Counted from the stretch's first letter, positions 27,344 through 38,949 are shown. The stretch: DNA of 64,000 bases from an uncultured Anaerolineales bacterium (GCA_964474695.1 CAYYTK010000002.1:235898-299897), one strand, 5' to 3'. Program-made: numbers and translations. Notes: generated by a model not told the origin, from the sequence alone.

Positions 27344-27386
27344 CCTCCGGCAAGGCCGGGGGTCGCACCTCCGGCCTTGCCGGAGG
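27344..27386 (-). other. 16-bp perfect GC-rich hairpin in the GH38 5' region
   Basis: CCTCCGGCAAGGCCGG-11 nt-CCGGCCTTGCCGGAGG, 23 nt upstream of the GH38 ATG on the minus strand. Confidence 0.6.
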
Positions 27387-27388
27387 CC

Positions 27389-27468
27389 GCATCCTTCGAC
27401 TGCGCCGGGGCATCCTGAGCGAAGCACGGCAGTGCGCAGTCGAAGGACCCCGGCTCCGCTCAGGATGC
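27389..27468. repeat. Nested copies of the CTGAGCG...AGTCGAAGG repeat family
   Basis: The outer copy is inverted (gcatccttcgactgcg...ctccgctcaggatgc). It encloses a forward copy, catcctgagcgaagc-acggcagtg-cgcagtcgaagga (27411-27447). Confidence 0.6.
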
Positions 27469-27510
27469 TTGTTGATGCATCGGACAAGGTCTCGGCACGC
27501 CCTCGGATCT

Positions 27511-27984
27511 TTACAGGTCAATCCACTCCGCGCCGGTTGCGCGCGCCAGCTCGGCCGGGGAGATGCGCAGCAGCGTGTGATCGTCTCCTCCGCCGCCATA
27601 GATCGCGTCCCAGGCCAACACGCCCCTGTCCAGGAGCGTAGGCAGCGGCGCGGCGTGACCGAAGGGCGGGACCCCACCGGCCGGATAACCGGTCAACTGC
27701 AGCACGGTCTCAGCGTCGGCCAGCTTGACCTGCTTCTTTCCCACGCCGTAGCGATCTGCCAAGGGCCGACGATCGACGACGGTGTCCCCGCTGGCGATGA
27801 CAAGCACGGCCTGCTCCCTGATCAGGAACAGCAGCGACTTAATGATCTGCCCGGTCGTGACGCCCAGTGCGGCGGCCGCAGCCGGCACGGTGGGCGTCTC
27901 GGCGGCCATCGGCACGATCTCGGCCGCGATGCCCTGCTCTGCGATGAAACGGCCGAGGTCGGCCGGAGTGAGCGTTCTTTTCAT
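27511..27984 (-). CDS. YbaK/EbsC-type aminoacyl-tRNA editing (deacylase) domain protein
   Basis: ...GQIIKSLLF...VLVIASGD..VD...LTGYPAGGVPPFGH... is the YbaK family pattern. Start taken at MKRTLTP. Confidence 0.8.
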   Translation of the reverse strand: MKRTLTPADLGRFIAEQGIAAEIVPMAAETPTVPAAAAALGVTTGQIIKSLLFLIREQAVLVIASGDTVVDRRPLADRYGVGKKQVKLADAETVLQLTGYPAGGVPPFGHAAPLPTLLDRGVLAWDAIYGGGGDDHTLLRISPAELARATGAEWIDL

Positions 27985-28063
27985 AGCGAGAGTCTTGCTT
28001 ATAGATTGCAGGATGCTCTGTTGAAACGGTAAATCAGGACAATGAGGCAAATCTGCGTCCCCT

Positions 28064-28912
28064 CTATCGCTTGACGAACGTCCCTTCCTGCAGATCGCGC
28101 AGCGCCTGGCGGATCTCCTCCCGCGTGTTCATCACGAACGGGCCGTAGCGGACGATGGGCTCGTTGGCGGGTTGGCCCGACATCAGCAGGAAACGGACCG
28201 GCGCCTCCGCAGCCCGCACCTCGACCGCGTCGCCGTCGTCGAATAACAGGAGCTTCGGCCCGCGCACGACCCGGTCCCCGAACGCGCCTTCGCCTTCGAA
28301 GACATACGCCAGCGCCGTGTGGCCGCGCGTGACGGGGAAGGTGAAGCTGGCATGTGCCGGCGCCGAAACGTCCAGGTAGATCGGAGCTGCCGCGATCTCG
28401 GTCACCGGGCCGGTCACGCCGTCGACAGCACCGGCGATGATGCGAATCACGACGCCGTCCGGCCGCGTGATCTGTGGAATGGTCTCGGCCGCGATCTCCT
28501 GGTAGCGCGGTTGGGACATCTTCAGCCGTGCCGGCAGATTGACCCAGAGCTGAAAACCCTCCATCCGTCCGTCGGGCGCCTGCTGGGGCATTTCCTCGTG
28601 CATGATGCCGCCCCCGGCAGTCATCCATTGCACATCGCCGGCCTCGATCACGCCGGCATTGCCCAGGCTGTCCCGGTGCGCCACCGCGCCGACCAGCATA
28701 TAGGTGACCGTCTCGATGCCGCGATGCGGGTGCACGGGGAAGCCGGCCATGTAATCCGCGGGATCGTCGGAGCCGAAGTGATCGAACAGCAGGAACGGGT
28801 CGGGGAAATCCAGGCTGCGGCCGGGGAAGCTGCGCTTCAACCGGACGCCCGCGCCTTCCATCACGGTCTGCGGTTCGATAATGCGTTCGACTTGTCTTAT
28901 CTCTTGCGTCAT
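28064..28912 (-). CDS. Pirin family protein
   Basis: GFPVHPHRGIETVTYML...GDVQWMTAGGGIMHEE are pirin cupin motifs. Confidence 0.9.
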   Translation of the reverse strand: MTQEIRQVERIIEPQTVMEGAGVRLKRSFPGRSLDFPDPFLLFDHFGSDDPADYMAGFPVHPHRGIETVTYMLVGAVAHRDSLGNAGVIEAGDVQWMTAGGGIMHEEMPQQAPDGRMEGFQLWVNLPARLKMSQPRYQEIAAETIPQITRPDGVVIRIIAGAVDGVTGPVTEIAAAPIYLDVSAPAHASFTFPVTRGHTALAYVFEGEGAFGDRVVRGPKLLLFDDGDAVEVRAAEAPVRFLLMSGQPANEPIVRYGPFVMNTREEIRQALRDLQEGTFVKR

Positions 28913-28993
28913 GGTTTTGGTTTTCTCCTGAGAATGTGAACCCTAGTGTTCTCCGCGTTCATCCGCGCTCGTCCGCGTTCCATTTTTCGGCAG

Positions 28994-30718
28994 TCACCTT
29001 GCCAGGCGTGCAGCGAGCGCTGAGAAACCGGTCAGAATCAGCCCGGCGGCGGCCACGAACAACGTCTGGAGTACGGCCAGGAAGCCGAGAAAGAACGTGC
29101 CGAAGTCGGGCAGCGTCCACCCGACGACGGCGCCGTTGAGCACGTAGCTGACCAACGCCGGCAGGCTTGTGATGGCCGCGGTGAACAGCACCCACATCAG
29201 GGCAAGCTGCGCGGCAGCGCGGGGGGATCGGCGATAGAGCCGCGTCCCGATGACGACCACGGCCCACCCCGCCAGCATCGCCAGCGAGGCCGTGACTGCG
29301 GTGGAAAGGATCAGCTCATCGGCGCCCAACACGGAGCTGAGCGAGTAGGTGCGGCCCTGCACGACCGCGTAGCGCACGTTGAAGACCAACAAGTAGACGG
29401 CGGTTCCCAGTGCGACCCAACGTAGGGGCTGGGCTTGCCCCTGCCCGGGCCGGGCTTGCCCCTGCCCCGCCAGATGGCGGCCGCGCGCCCGATAGATGGC
29501 GGCAATGAGCAGGCCCAGCAACGCCACGGCCAGGGCGGCTCGCGGAAGCCGCTCCCTGTTCAGGCGCGCGCTCCGGGCGGCCGCCATGGCCGCCTGGTGG
29601 TCAGCCACGGGATCGGCGCCTGAGATCGCGGTGATGGGGCGATCGATCGCTTCGCCGTAGGCTGCGGCCAATTGCGCTTGCTGCGTTGCCGCCGCGCGGC
29701 CGATAGACGTCATCTGATCGTCCGTCAGCGCCAACATTTCCGTCAACACGCGGCCCTGGGCCGAGGCCGGGATATTTGCGCCCAGCAGCGCGGCCAACGT
29801 GGGGGCCACGTCGACCTGGTTCACATCACCGTAGCTGCCCGGCCGCACACCCGCGCCGACCAGCACGAATGGCTCCACCAACGTGATCGGATCCTGCCCG
29901 CCGTGGCCGCCGCGGTCGATCTGGCCGTGGTCGCTGACCACTAACAGCGTGTCCCGGCTGAAATCCAATGTTGCGGCGATCTCACGCAGGCGGTCATCGA
30001 CGCGGCGCGCGGCCGCGTCCCAGCGCGGATCGAGCGGCCCGCCTTCGTGGTGTCCGGCATAATCCACCTGGTCGAGGTGGATCAGGACAAGCTGGTGGCG
30101 ATCTTCTGCCAGCCACGGCAAGGCTGCATCCACCACGGCGCGGTCCGCGGCCGCGTCCTCGCCGGCCGTGTAGAAGGATGCCGCGACAGCTTCCTGAGGG
30201 ATCAGCTTTTCGAACCAGTTGAAGCCGGAGACCGCGGTGCTCAGCCCGGCGCGGTGCGCGGCCGAGAAGAGGTTGTCTTGCGTCCAGGCGCTGTACTCCT
30301 CGTACGCCAGGTTCATCGCCGGCCCATCGCTGAGATCGGGCCACGCGCCGGTGAACAGCACCGTATAGCTGGGCGCGGAGTAGGATGGGGGCCGGCTGTG
30401 GATGGTCGCCGACGCGGTCGGGCGCTCCGCGTCCGATGCGCCGCGCGCTCGCAGCTCGGCGAGGAACGGCATCACCTCCGGCTTGAGCGAGGTGTCCTCG
30501 CGCAGCGCGTCCACCAGCACGAAAACGACCCGGCTGCTCAGCGCCGTGGTGGCCGGTGCCGGCGATGGCCGCGCCGGCGCAGGCGGCTGATCAGCCAGCG
30601 GCGACCGGTAGGCGTACAGCGAGTCCATCTGCGCGGTAGCCCACAGATAGGCCAGCGCAGCGATCAGCAGGCAGGCCATCACGCCGGCGATGAGGACCAA
30701 GGCGGCTTTGCGCCTCAT
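28994..30718 (-). CDS. Alkaline-phosphatase superfamily (type I phosphodiesterase/nucleotide pyrophosphatase-like) membrane protein
   Basis: N-terminal TM helix, then [11 protein letters not shown] and [16 protein letters not shown] metal-site-like motifs, and a multi-TM C-terminal half. Confidence 0.65.
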   Translation of the reverse strand: MRRKAALVLIAGVMACLLIAALAYLWATAQMDSLYAYRSPLADQPPAPARPSPAPATTALSSRVVFVLVDALREDTSLKPEVMPFLAELRARGASDAERPTASATIHSRPPSYSAPSYTVLFTGAWPDLSDGPAMNLAYEEYSAWTQDNLFSAAHRAGLSTAVSGFNWFEKLIPQEAVAASFYTAGEDAAADRAVVDAALPWLAEDRHQLVLIHLDQVDYAGHHEGGPLDPRWDAAARRVDDRLREIAATLDFSRDTLLVVSDHGQIDRGGHGGQDPITLVEPFVLVGAGVRPGSYGDVNQVDVAPTLAALLGANIPASAQGRVLTEMLALTDDQMTSIGRAAATQQAQLAAAYGEAIDRPITAISGADPVADHQAAMAAARSARLNRERLPRAALAVALLGLLIAAIYRARGRHLAGQGQARPGQGQAQPLRWVALGTAVYLLVFNVRYAVVQGRTYSLSSVLGADELILSTAVTASLAMLAGWAVVVIGTRLYRRSPRAAAQLALMWVLFTAAITSLPALVSYVLNGAVVGWTLPDFGTFFLGFLAVLQTLFVAAAGLILTGFSALAARLAR

Positions 30719-30871
30719 AGGAGCTTCTCCTTTCGAACCTGGAGCAGTAGTTTACCCGACTTTGCAGCTATGACCAAACCATCGCCACGATGGTCCCTTT
30801 GCCGAATCACACACAGGATGTTACACTGCTCCCGCTCATCTCATCAACAAATCATCAGAGGCGATCGCCCT

Positions 30872-32254
<1,383 letters not shown>

Positions 32255-32269
32255 TAAGGACCAAATCCG

Positions 32270-33082
32270 ATGAACGAAACTCTCCAACTCCTGCTGAATC
32301 GCAAGTCTGTCCGTGTGTACGAGGATCGGGAGATCGGTCCCGACGAGCGCGATATGATCCTGCAGGCGACCCTGCGCGCACCCACCGCAGGCAACATGAT
32401 GCTGTACTCCATCATCGAGGTAAACGACCAGTCGTCGAAGGACACCCTTGCCCGGACCTGCGACGATCAGCCGTTCATCGCCAAAGCGCCGCTTGTCCTG
32501 CTTTTCCTGGCCGATTACCAGAAGTGGTTCGATTTCTACATGTGCGGGGGCGTGCCGGAGCTTTGCCAGCGAAGAGGAGAGACCGTCCGCAAGCCCCAGG
32601 AGGGGGATTTGTTTCTGGCATGCTGCGATGCGCTGATCGCCGCACAGACGGCCGTCATCGCGGCAGAATCGCTGGGCATTGGCTCCTGCTACATCGGCGA
32701 CATCATGGAAAACTATGAGATCCACCGCGACCTGTTCCAGCTTCCGCAATACGTTTTTCCCATCTGCCTGCTCTGCTTCGGTTATCCGACCCAGTCTCAG
32801 GCGGAGCGCGCCATGACGCCGCGCCGTGACCGGCGGTTCGTTGTCTTTCCGGACCGATACCGGAGGCTGGACCCGGCCGACTTCGATGAGATGTATCGGG
32901 ATCTGCAGGAGCGGCACTTTGGGAATGTGGAGCGGCCCGACGGCATCGTGAACGTCGCGCAGAGCAATTATGCCAGGAAGTTCAGCGCAGCCTTCACGCA
33001 CGAAATGACGCGCTCCGTGCGCGCCATCCTCCAAAACTGGTTGGGCACAGGAGCTGCATCCGACCAGGGTGCACTCCCCTGA
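32270..33082 (+). CDS. Nitroreductase family protein
   Basis: LLNRKSVRVYEDREI...ILQATLRAPTAGNMM is a nitroreductase N-terminal signature. Confidence 0.8.
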   Translation: MNETLQLLLNRKSVRVYEDREIGPDERDMILQATLRAPTAGNMMLYSIIEVNDQSSKDTLARTCDDQPFIAKAPLVLLFLADYQKWFDFYMCGGVPELCQRRGETVRKPQEGDLFLACCDALIAAQTAVIAAESLGIGSCYIGDIMENYEIHRDLFQLPQYVFPICLLCFGYPTQSQAERAMTPRRDRRFVVFPDRYRRLDPADFDEMYRDLQERHFGNVERPDGIVNVAQSNYARKFSAAFTHEMTRSVRAILQNWLGTGAASDQGALP

Positions 33083-33891
33083 TGAGCGATCACATGCAAC
33101 TGATTGAACAACTCCTACCTCGTGACGGATTCGCCATCCGCTACTGGACCGGCGGCCAGGCCGGCGCGCCGCTGGTCGTCTTCACTCACGGCGCGACGGT
33201 GGATCACCATGAGTGGGATGCGACCTTGCCGCTGGTCGCCGAGCATTTCCGCGTCCTGGCATGGGACGTGCGCGGCCACCGCCTCTCGCGGCCTGCAGAC
33301 TTCTCTCTCGCTGCCGCCATCGACGATCTGCTCGCGCTTCTCGACGCGCTTGGGGCGGCGGAGGCGGTCTTCGTCGGCCATTCGATGGGAGGAAACCTGC
33401 ACCAGGAGCTGGTCTTCCGGCATCCCGAACGGGTGAAGGCGCTGGTCTGCCTGGATTGCACGTGGAACTTCCAGAAGCTGACCGCGCTGGAATCGTTCAG
33501 CCTGCGCCTTGCCGGCCCGATCTTCAAGCTCTATCCGTACAAGCTGCTGGTGGATCAATCCCTGGCTGTGACGGCGACATCGGCGGCATCGCAGGCGCTC
33601 CTGCGCCCCGCCATGGAGAGCCTGAGCAAAGACGAGTTCATCAGGATCATGCTGGCGACCTCCGCATGCCTGCACTACGAACCCGGCTACCGCATCGCCA
33701 AGCCGCTGCTGCTGATCGTCGGTGACAAGGACGCGACGGGGAATATCCGCAAAATCATGCCGGTCTGGGCCAGCCAGGAGCCCGACTGCCGCTTTGTGGT
33801 CATCCCCAACGCCAAGCACGCGGCCAATCTTGACGATCCGGAGCTATTCCACAAGACCCTGCTGGATTTCCTGCTGAACAGATGCCGCTAA
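33082..33891 (+). CDS. Alpha/beta hydrolase
   Basis: VFTHG...WDVRGH...VGHSMGG nucleophile elbow (GxSxG). 269 aa. Confidence 0.8.
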   Translation: MSDHMQLIEQLLPRDGFAIRYWTGGQAGAPLVVFTHGATVDHHEWDATLPLVAEHFRVLAWDVRGHRLSRPADFSLAAAIDDLLALLDALGAAEAVFVGHSMGGNLHQELVFRHPERVKALVCLDCTWNFQKLTALESFSLRLAGPIFKLYPYKLLVDQSLAVTATSAASQALLRPAMESLSKDEFIRIMLATSACLHYEPGYRIAKPLLLIVGDKDATGNIRKIMPVWASQEPDCRFVVIPNAKHAANLDDPELFHKTLLDFLLNRCR

Positions 33892-33907
33892 AAGACCGTT
33901 AAGAAAG

Positions 33908-33944
33908 CGAGGGTTTTGAGCCGCTTTGCGGCTCAAAACCCTCG
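33908..33944. terminator. 17-bp perfect hairpin between convergent genes (terminator candidate)
   Basis: CGAGGGTTTTGAGCCGC-ttt-GCGGCTCAAAACCCTCG. A U-rich run (CUUUCUU) follows on the minus strand. Confidence 0.65.
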
Positions 33945-34005
33945 CCCTAGACAAAAAACTCAGCGTCCGCGTTCATCCGCGCTCGTCCGCGTCCGATTCT
34001 TCCGT

Positions 34006-35175
34006 TCAATCGCCATGCAGGTTGATATAGCCCAGCGGCGCGCGCGTGATCTGCTCGACCGGCATCACGTCCACCAACTCATACTCGCGTGAGCCCAGGC
34101 CCAGCTTCTCGCCGTACTCGACGACCTTGTAGGGGTCCTTGAGCGGGCCGTGCAGGTGCTGCCACGGGTGCCCCTCGGTGTACCAGGGTTCCATCGAGAG
34201 CGGGACGTTCTCCTCGATCAGCTTGCTCTTGGCGATCATGTCGAGGCTGGCCTGGTCGATGGCCACGATGTCGTCCGAGCCGAAGATGCCCACATCAGGC
34301 AGCACCGGCAGGCCGGTGAAGCCGAAGCAGTCGCAGACGGGCGTCATATGCGTGCCGATGCTGATGAACGTGGTCTTACCCGGCGCAAAGGTGGACAGAC
34401 TGAGGCTGACCGAAATGGCGCAAGCTTCCTGGAAGGCGTGAAAGTTGACCGGATCGATCTTCAGGGCGCCTGGGGGCGCTACCTTCAGGCAGCGGCCGCA
34501 CTGATTGCAGTTCTCGATGTGCAGGTGCAGGCTGTTCGGGTCGTGTTTGTCCTGCACCACCGCGCCGTGCGGGCAGGCGTCGACGATAGCCTGGCGGACC
34601 TGGGGATCCGGGCAGAGCTCAGGGAACCAGTACGGGTCGAAGTGACAGGTATCGTGCATGGCGCCGCGGGTGGTCTGCATCATGCAGCCCAGCGCCAGGT
34701 TTTTGAACGCGCCGCCGAAGCCGCACGAGGGATGGCCCTTGATGTGCGAGAAGTCGATCAGGAACGAGGCATCCTGGATGCCGCCGCCCACCATCCAGTC
34801 GGTGATGTTCTTGAATGGTCGCGTGTGCCGGTAGTAGTAATGCTCGTCCAGACCGCCGGTGGGGAAGATCGAGCAGCCCAGGGTTTCGGCGGTGTAGCCG
34901 CGTTCGGCGGCGTCGCCAGCCGACCAGTTCAGGTCAACAATGAAGGGCTTGCCGCCCCCATCCTTCACTGCCTTCACCACCCGGCGCACGAACACCGGGT
35001 GCAAGGTCGAATAGCCGACGTTGCCGCCCAGGTGCATCTTGATGGCGACATGCTCGCCCTTGACCCGATCGCGGATCGCCAGCTTATCAACGATCAGGTC
35101 CAGCTTGATCGGCAGCGTTTCATTGGCTTCCAGGCGGGTCTGGTGGGGTGACGCGTAATAGACGATACTTGGCAT
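34006..35175 (-). CDS. DUF362 domain protein with 4Fe-4S ferredoxin-type insert
   Basis: ...IKMHLGGNVGYSTLHP.FVRRVV... is a DUF362-like N-terminus. CPHGAV...CNQCGRCLKVAP is a ferredoxin Cys cluster. The second ATG is preferred (GGAGGAG spacing). Confidence 0.65.
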   Translation of the reverse strand: MPSIVYYASPHQTRLEANETLPIKLDLIVDKLAIRDRVKGEHVAIKMHLGGNVGYSTLHPVFVRRVVKAVKDGGGKPFIVDLNWSAGDAAERGYTAETLGCSIFPTGGLDEHYYYRHTRPFKNITDWMVGGGIQDASFLIDFSHIKGHPSCGFGGAFKNLALGCMMQTTRGAMHDTCHFDPYWFPELCPDPQVRQAIVDACPHGAVVQDKHDPNSLHLHIENCNQCGRCLKVAPPGALKIDPVNFHAFQEACAISVSLSLSTFAPGKTTFISIGTHMTPVCDCFGFTGLPVLPDVGIFGSDDIVAIDQASLDMIAKSKLIEENVPLSMEPWYTEGHPWQHLHGPLKDPYKVVEYGEKLGLGSREYELVDVMPVEQITRAPLGYINLHGD

Positions 35176-35430
35176 GAGCTCCTCCATCTATGCAGTAATA
35201 TGACCTAAGTATCTCGCGTTGAGGGGAGTTTGTCAAAGTGGTCACCGCTCATTTCGGTTTTTGGCATCCGTGACCAGGTATGCTATCCTGATTTCTACTG
35301 GTGTGGGTCACCGCAGATCCCCGGCGCTACAGGTGTAGCGCCGGTTTCGCGTCCTCAATCCCTCGCGGCCGGCTCCGGCGCCGGGCTGAAAGCGCCTCTG
35401 TCTCCCTATCCCAAAGACCAGGAGTGCCGC

Positions 35431-36684
35431 ATGTCTCAAGCTATCAACCCTTTTCAGACGGCCCAACGCCAACTCGATGAAGCAGCCGAGTTACTGGGCC
35501 TATCCCCCGCCCTGCACGCGTTCTTGCGCGAACCGATGCAGGAGGTTGTCTTTACGATCCCGTTGCAGATGGATGATGGCAGCCAGGAAGTTTTCAAGGG
35601 CTTTCGCATCCAGTACAACACGGCCCGCGGGCCGGCCAAGGGCGGGATTCGTTTTCACGCCGATGAGACGGTCGATACGGTGCGCGCCCTGGCGGCCTGG
35701 ATGACCTGGAAGACCGCGCTGGCCGACCTGCCCCTTGGCGGCGGCAAGGGGGGTGTGATCTGTGATCCCAAGAGCCTCTCGCGAACCGAGACCGAACGCC
35801 TCAGCCGCGGCTACATGCGCAAGATCGCCCAGTTCGTCGGGCCGGAGATCGATGTTCCGGCGCCGGATGTCTACACCACGCCGCAGATCATGGCCTGGAT
35901 GCTGGACGAGTACGAGGTCATCACCGGCCGCCATCTGCCCGGCGTGATCACCGGGAAGCCGGTGAGCCTGTTCGGCTCGGCAGGACGAGGCGACGCCACC
36001 GCACGCGGCGGCGTGTATGCCGTCCGCGAAACCGCCACGGTGCTGGACTTGAATCTGGAGGGCGCAACAGCGGCCATCCAGGGCTACGGCAACGCCGGCC
36101 AATATGCCCACCAGCTCGGCGGCGAGCTGCTAGGCCTCAAGACGGTGGCGATCAGCGACTCTCGGGGCGCCATTTACAACCCGAAGGGTCTCGATTACGA
36201 AGCCGCGGTCGCCTGGAAGCGTGCCAAGGGGACCGTGGTGGGGTATCCCGAGGCTGAGGCGTTGACCCAGGCCGAGCTGCTCGAACTGCCGGTCACCGTG
36301 CTTTTCCCGGCCGCGCTCGAAGCGGTGATCACGGCCGACAATGCCCCGCGCATCAAGGCCAAGATCGTGGCCGAACTGGCGAACGGGCCGACCACGCCCG
36401 AAGCGGATCACATCCTCCATGATCAGGGCGCTTATGTGATCCCCGATTTCCTCTGCAATGCCGGCGGCGTGACCGTGAGCTACTTCGAGCAGGTGCAGAA
36501 CGCGTATAACTTCTACTGGACCCTGGACGAAGTCCACAGCCGCTTGAACGCTTCCATGACGCGCGCCTTCTACCAGGTGCACGAGATGGCCCAGGCCCAG
36601 CGGGTGCACAACCGGCTGGCGGCCTACCTGGTTGCGGTGAAACGTGTGGCGGAGGCCGTGGTCCTGCGCGGCTGGACGCGGTAG
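35431..36684 (+). CDS. gdhA: Glutamate dehydrogenase
   Basis: ...[19 protein letters not shown]... is the Glu/Leu/Phe/Val dehydrogenase active-site motif. AGGAG RBS upstream of the ATG at 35431. Confidence 0.9.
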   Translation: MSQAINPFQTAQRQLDEAAELLGLSPALHAFLREPMQEVVFTIPLQMDDGSQEVFKGFRIQYNTARGPAKGGIRFHADETVDTVRALAAWMTWKTALADLPLGGGKGGVICDPKSLSRTETERLSRGYMRKIAQFVGPEIDVPAPDVYTTPQIMAWMLDEYEVITGRHLPGVITGKPVSLFGSAGRGDATARGGVYAVRETATVLDLNLEGATAAIQGYGNAGQYAHQLGGELLGLKTVAISDSRGAIYNPKGLDYEAAVAWKRAKGTVVGYPEAEALTQAELLELPVTVLFPAALEAVITADNAPRIKAKIVAELANGPTTPEADHILHDQGAYVIPDFLCNAGGVTVSYFEQVQNAYNFYWTLDEVHSRLNASMTRAFYQVHEMAQAQRVHNRLAAYLVAVKRVAEAVVLRGWTR

Positions 36685-36753
36685 AACCGTAGGGCCGCTG
36701 AGATAGCGGCTTCAGGCTAAAGCTTTGAGTAGCGTGCATTGTGGGATGAAATG

Positions 36754-36762
36754 TGCTAGAAT
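36754..36762 (+). promoter_or_regulatory. Candidate extended -10 element (TGcTAGAAT)
   Basis: TGCTAGAAT lies 20-38 nt upstream of the two possible starts of the hemolysin-III-like gene. Confidence 0.35.
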
Positions 36763-36781
36763 CGCAAAACAGATGTAAAGT

Positions 36782-37468
36782 ATGTGCGGAGCTGCACCCA
36801 TGGACTCGAGCGTCGCAATACCGCGTGGTGGTCGCTATAGCTTGGGCGAGGAGATTGCCAACAGCATAACGCACGGCGTTGGGATCGTGCTCGCGATTGC
36901 CGGGCTGGCGGTGTTGACGGCCTTCGCCAGCGTCTTCGGATCTGCCTGGCATATCGTCAGTTGCAGCGTCTACGGTGCGACGCAGATCGTCCTGTACACC
37001 GCTTCGACGCTCTATCACAGCATCCCACAGCCGCGGGCCAAAGCCGTGCTGCGCCGCTTCGATCACGCGGCGATCTTTCTCTTGATCGCCGGCACTTACA
37101 CGCCTTTCACCCTGGTCAACCTGCGCGGCCCGTGGGGCTGGTCCCTATTCGGCCTGATCTGGGGCTTCGCCCTTGCGGGCATCGCGCTGCAGGGCGTTCT
37201 GATCCGCCACGGGCCCCTGGTGACCGCCCTGCCCTATCTGGCGATGGGTTGGGTGGCCGTAGTCGCGATCAAGCCCATCCTGGCAGCGATCGCGCCCGGC
37301 GGCTTGGCGCTGCTGGCCGCAGGCGGAGCGGCATATACCGTAGGCGCCCTTTTCTACGTTTGGCGGCGCCTCCCTTACCATCATGCGATCTGGCACGGGT
37401 TCGTTTTGGCGGGCGGCATCCTGCACTTCTTTGCGATCTTGTTTTACGTCATTCCTTTGCGGGGATAA
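36782..37468 (+). CDS. Hemolysin III / PAQR family membrane protein
   Basis: ...LGEEIANSITHGVG...STLYH...FDHAAIF...HHAIWH are Hly-III His motifs, with 7 TM helices. An alternative start is at 36800. Confidence 0.8.
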   Translation: MCGAAPMDSSVAIPRGGRYSLGEEIANSITHGVGIVLAIAGLAVLTAFASVFGSAWHIVSCSVYGATQIVLYTASTLYHSIPQPRAKAVLRRFDHAAIFLLIAGTYTPFTLVNLRGPWGWSLFGLIWGFALAGIALQGVLIRHGPLVTALPYLAMGWVAVVAIKPILAAIAPGGLALLAAGGAAYTVGALFYVWRRLPYHHAIWHGFVLAGGILHFFAILFYVIPLRG

Positions 37469-38949
37469 TGATGGGCTTGACACCGATTTCTCTGCCTCGC
37501 AGCACGCCGGAGGCACAGGGCATTTCATCCGCCGCCATCACGGCGTTTCTCGAAGCCGTCGAGGCGCACGATTGCGGCTTGCACAGCTTAATGCTGCTGC
37601 GGCACGGCCATGTGGTGGCCGAGGGCTGGTGGTCGCCGTACGCTCCGGGCATGCCCCACATGCTTTTCTCGCTCAGCAAGAGCTTCACCTCGACCGCAGT
37701 CGGCCTGGCGGCGGCTGAAGGCCGCCTCTCAGTCGATGACCCGGTCCTGGCATTCTTCCCTCAGGAGGCGCCGCGCAAACCAAGCGAGAACCTGGCCGCG
37801 ATGCGGGTGCGCCACCTGCTATCGATGTCCACCGGGCACGACCATGATACGACCGAGCACCTGTATAAGCGTCGCGACGGCGACTGGCCTAAGGCATTCC
37901 TTGCGCGGCCGGTGGCGCACGCGCCGGGCACGCACTTCCTCTACAACACCGGCGCCACTTATATGCTTTCTGCTATCGTGCAGCGGGTGACCGGACAGAC
38001 CCTCCTGGACTACCTTGGGCCGCGGCTGTTCGCGCCCCTCGGCATCGAAGGCGCGACGTGGGAGACCTGCCCGCGCGGGGTCAACACCGGCGGCTTCGGC
38101 CTCAGCGTCAAGACCGAAGACATCGCCCGGCTCGGCCAGTTGTATCTCCAGCGTGGCGTCTGGCAGGGCCAACGCCTGCTGCCCGAAGCGTGGGTGGCGG
38201 ACGCGTCCAGCCGGCATAGCGCTAGCGGGAGCAGCGCGGGAAGCGACTGGGAGCAAGGCTACGGCTATCAGTTTTGGCTCTGCCGCCACGGCGCATACCG
38301 CGGCGACGGCGCTTTCGGCCAGTTTTGCGTCATCATGCCCCAGCAGGATGCGGTGGTGGCGATCACTGCCGGTGCGCCGGGCATGCAGGCCGTGTTGGAT
38401 CTGGTTTGGGAGCATCTGCTGCCCGCGATGGCCGACGCGCCGCGGCCCGAAGACGCATCGGCACACGAGGCAATGACCCGCAAGCTGGAGAACCTGGCCC
38501 TGGCGCCGGTGGCCGGGCGTGAGACCTCTCCCCTCGCATCGGCGATATCTGGCAGGCGGTATCACTTCACCGAAAAGCGCTCACCGGTCCAGGCGATTTC
38601 CTTCGATTTTGGCGGCGACACGCCGATCTGCACGCTGCACGATGGCCTGAGCGAGCATCAGGTGTCTTGCGGCCGCGGCCTGTGGACTCTTGGCAGCACC
38701 ACCTGGGCTCCCATGCGGCCGCCGGGTGAGCCTCGTCGCACCGAGCAGCCGCAGCCGGTGGCGGCAAGCGGCGCCTGGATCGCCGATGACACCTATGCGA
38801 TGAAGCTGGTCTTTTTTGCCACGCCGTTCTGCTTCACGCTAACCTGCAAGTTCGAACATGAGAAGCTGAAGTTCAAATCCGGGGTGAACGTGTCGTTCGG
38901 CCCGACCGAGTTCCCGCAGGTGGTCGGCAGAATTATCGAGGCGCCCTGA
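37468..38949 (+). CDS. Serine hydrolase (beta-lactamase/transpeptidase-like family)
   Basis: Contains the SxxK motif (FSLSKSFTS). The start ATG overlaps the stop of the upstream gene (TAATG). The upstream part of track ORF 36961.. was rejected. Confidence 0.75.
   Translation: MMGLTPISLPRSTPEAQGISSAAITAFLEAVEAHDCGLHSLMLLRHGHVVAEGWWSPYAPGMPHMLFSLSKSFTSTAVGLAAAEGRLSVDDPVLAFFPQEAPRKPSENLAAMRVRHLLSMSTGHDHDTTEHLYKRRDGDWPKAFLARPVAHAPGTHFLYNTGATYMLSAIVQRVTGQTLLDYLGPRLFAPLGIEGATWETCPRGVNTGGFGLSVKTEDIARLGQLYLQRGVWQGQRLLPEAWVADASSRHSASGSSAGSDWEQGYGYQFWLCRHGAYRGDGAFGQFCVIMPQQDAVVAITAGAPGMQAVLDLVWEHLLPAMADAPRPEDASAHEAMTRKLENLALAPVAGRETSPLASAISGRRYHFTEKRSPVQAISFDFGGDTPICTLHDGLSEHQVSCGRGLWTLGSTTWAPMRPPGEPRRTEQPQPVAASGAWIADDTYAMKLVFFATPFCFTLTCKFEHEKLKFKSGVNVSFGPTEFPQVVGRIIEAP

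Noticed and set aside
30047-30871. Upstream 275 codons of the long ORF containing thrC
   Set aside because: This part is antisense to the AP-superfamily gene and has no ThrC similarity. The ThrC-like sequence starts at the ATG at 30872.
36961-37467. Upstream extension of the serine hydrolase ORF
   Set aside because: It overlaps the hemolysin-III-like gene in another frame and is Arg/Pro-rich. The hydrolase-like sequence begins at the ATG at 37468, overlapping the upstream stop.
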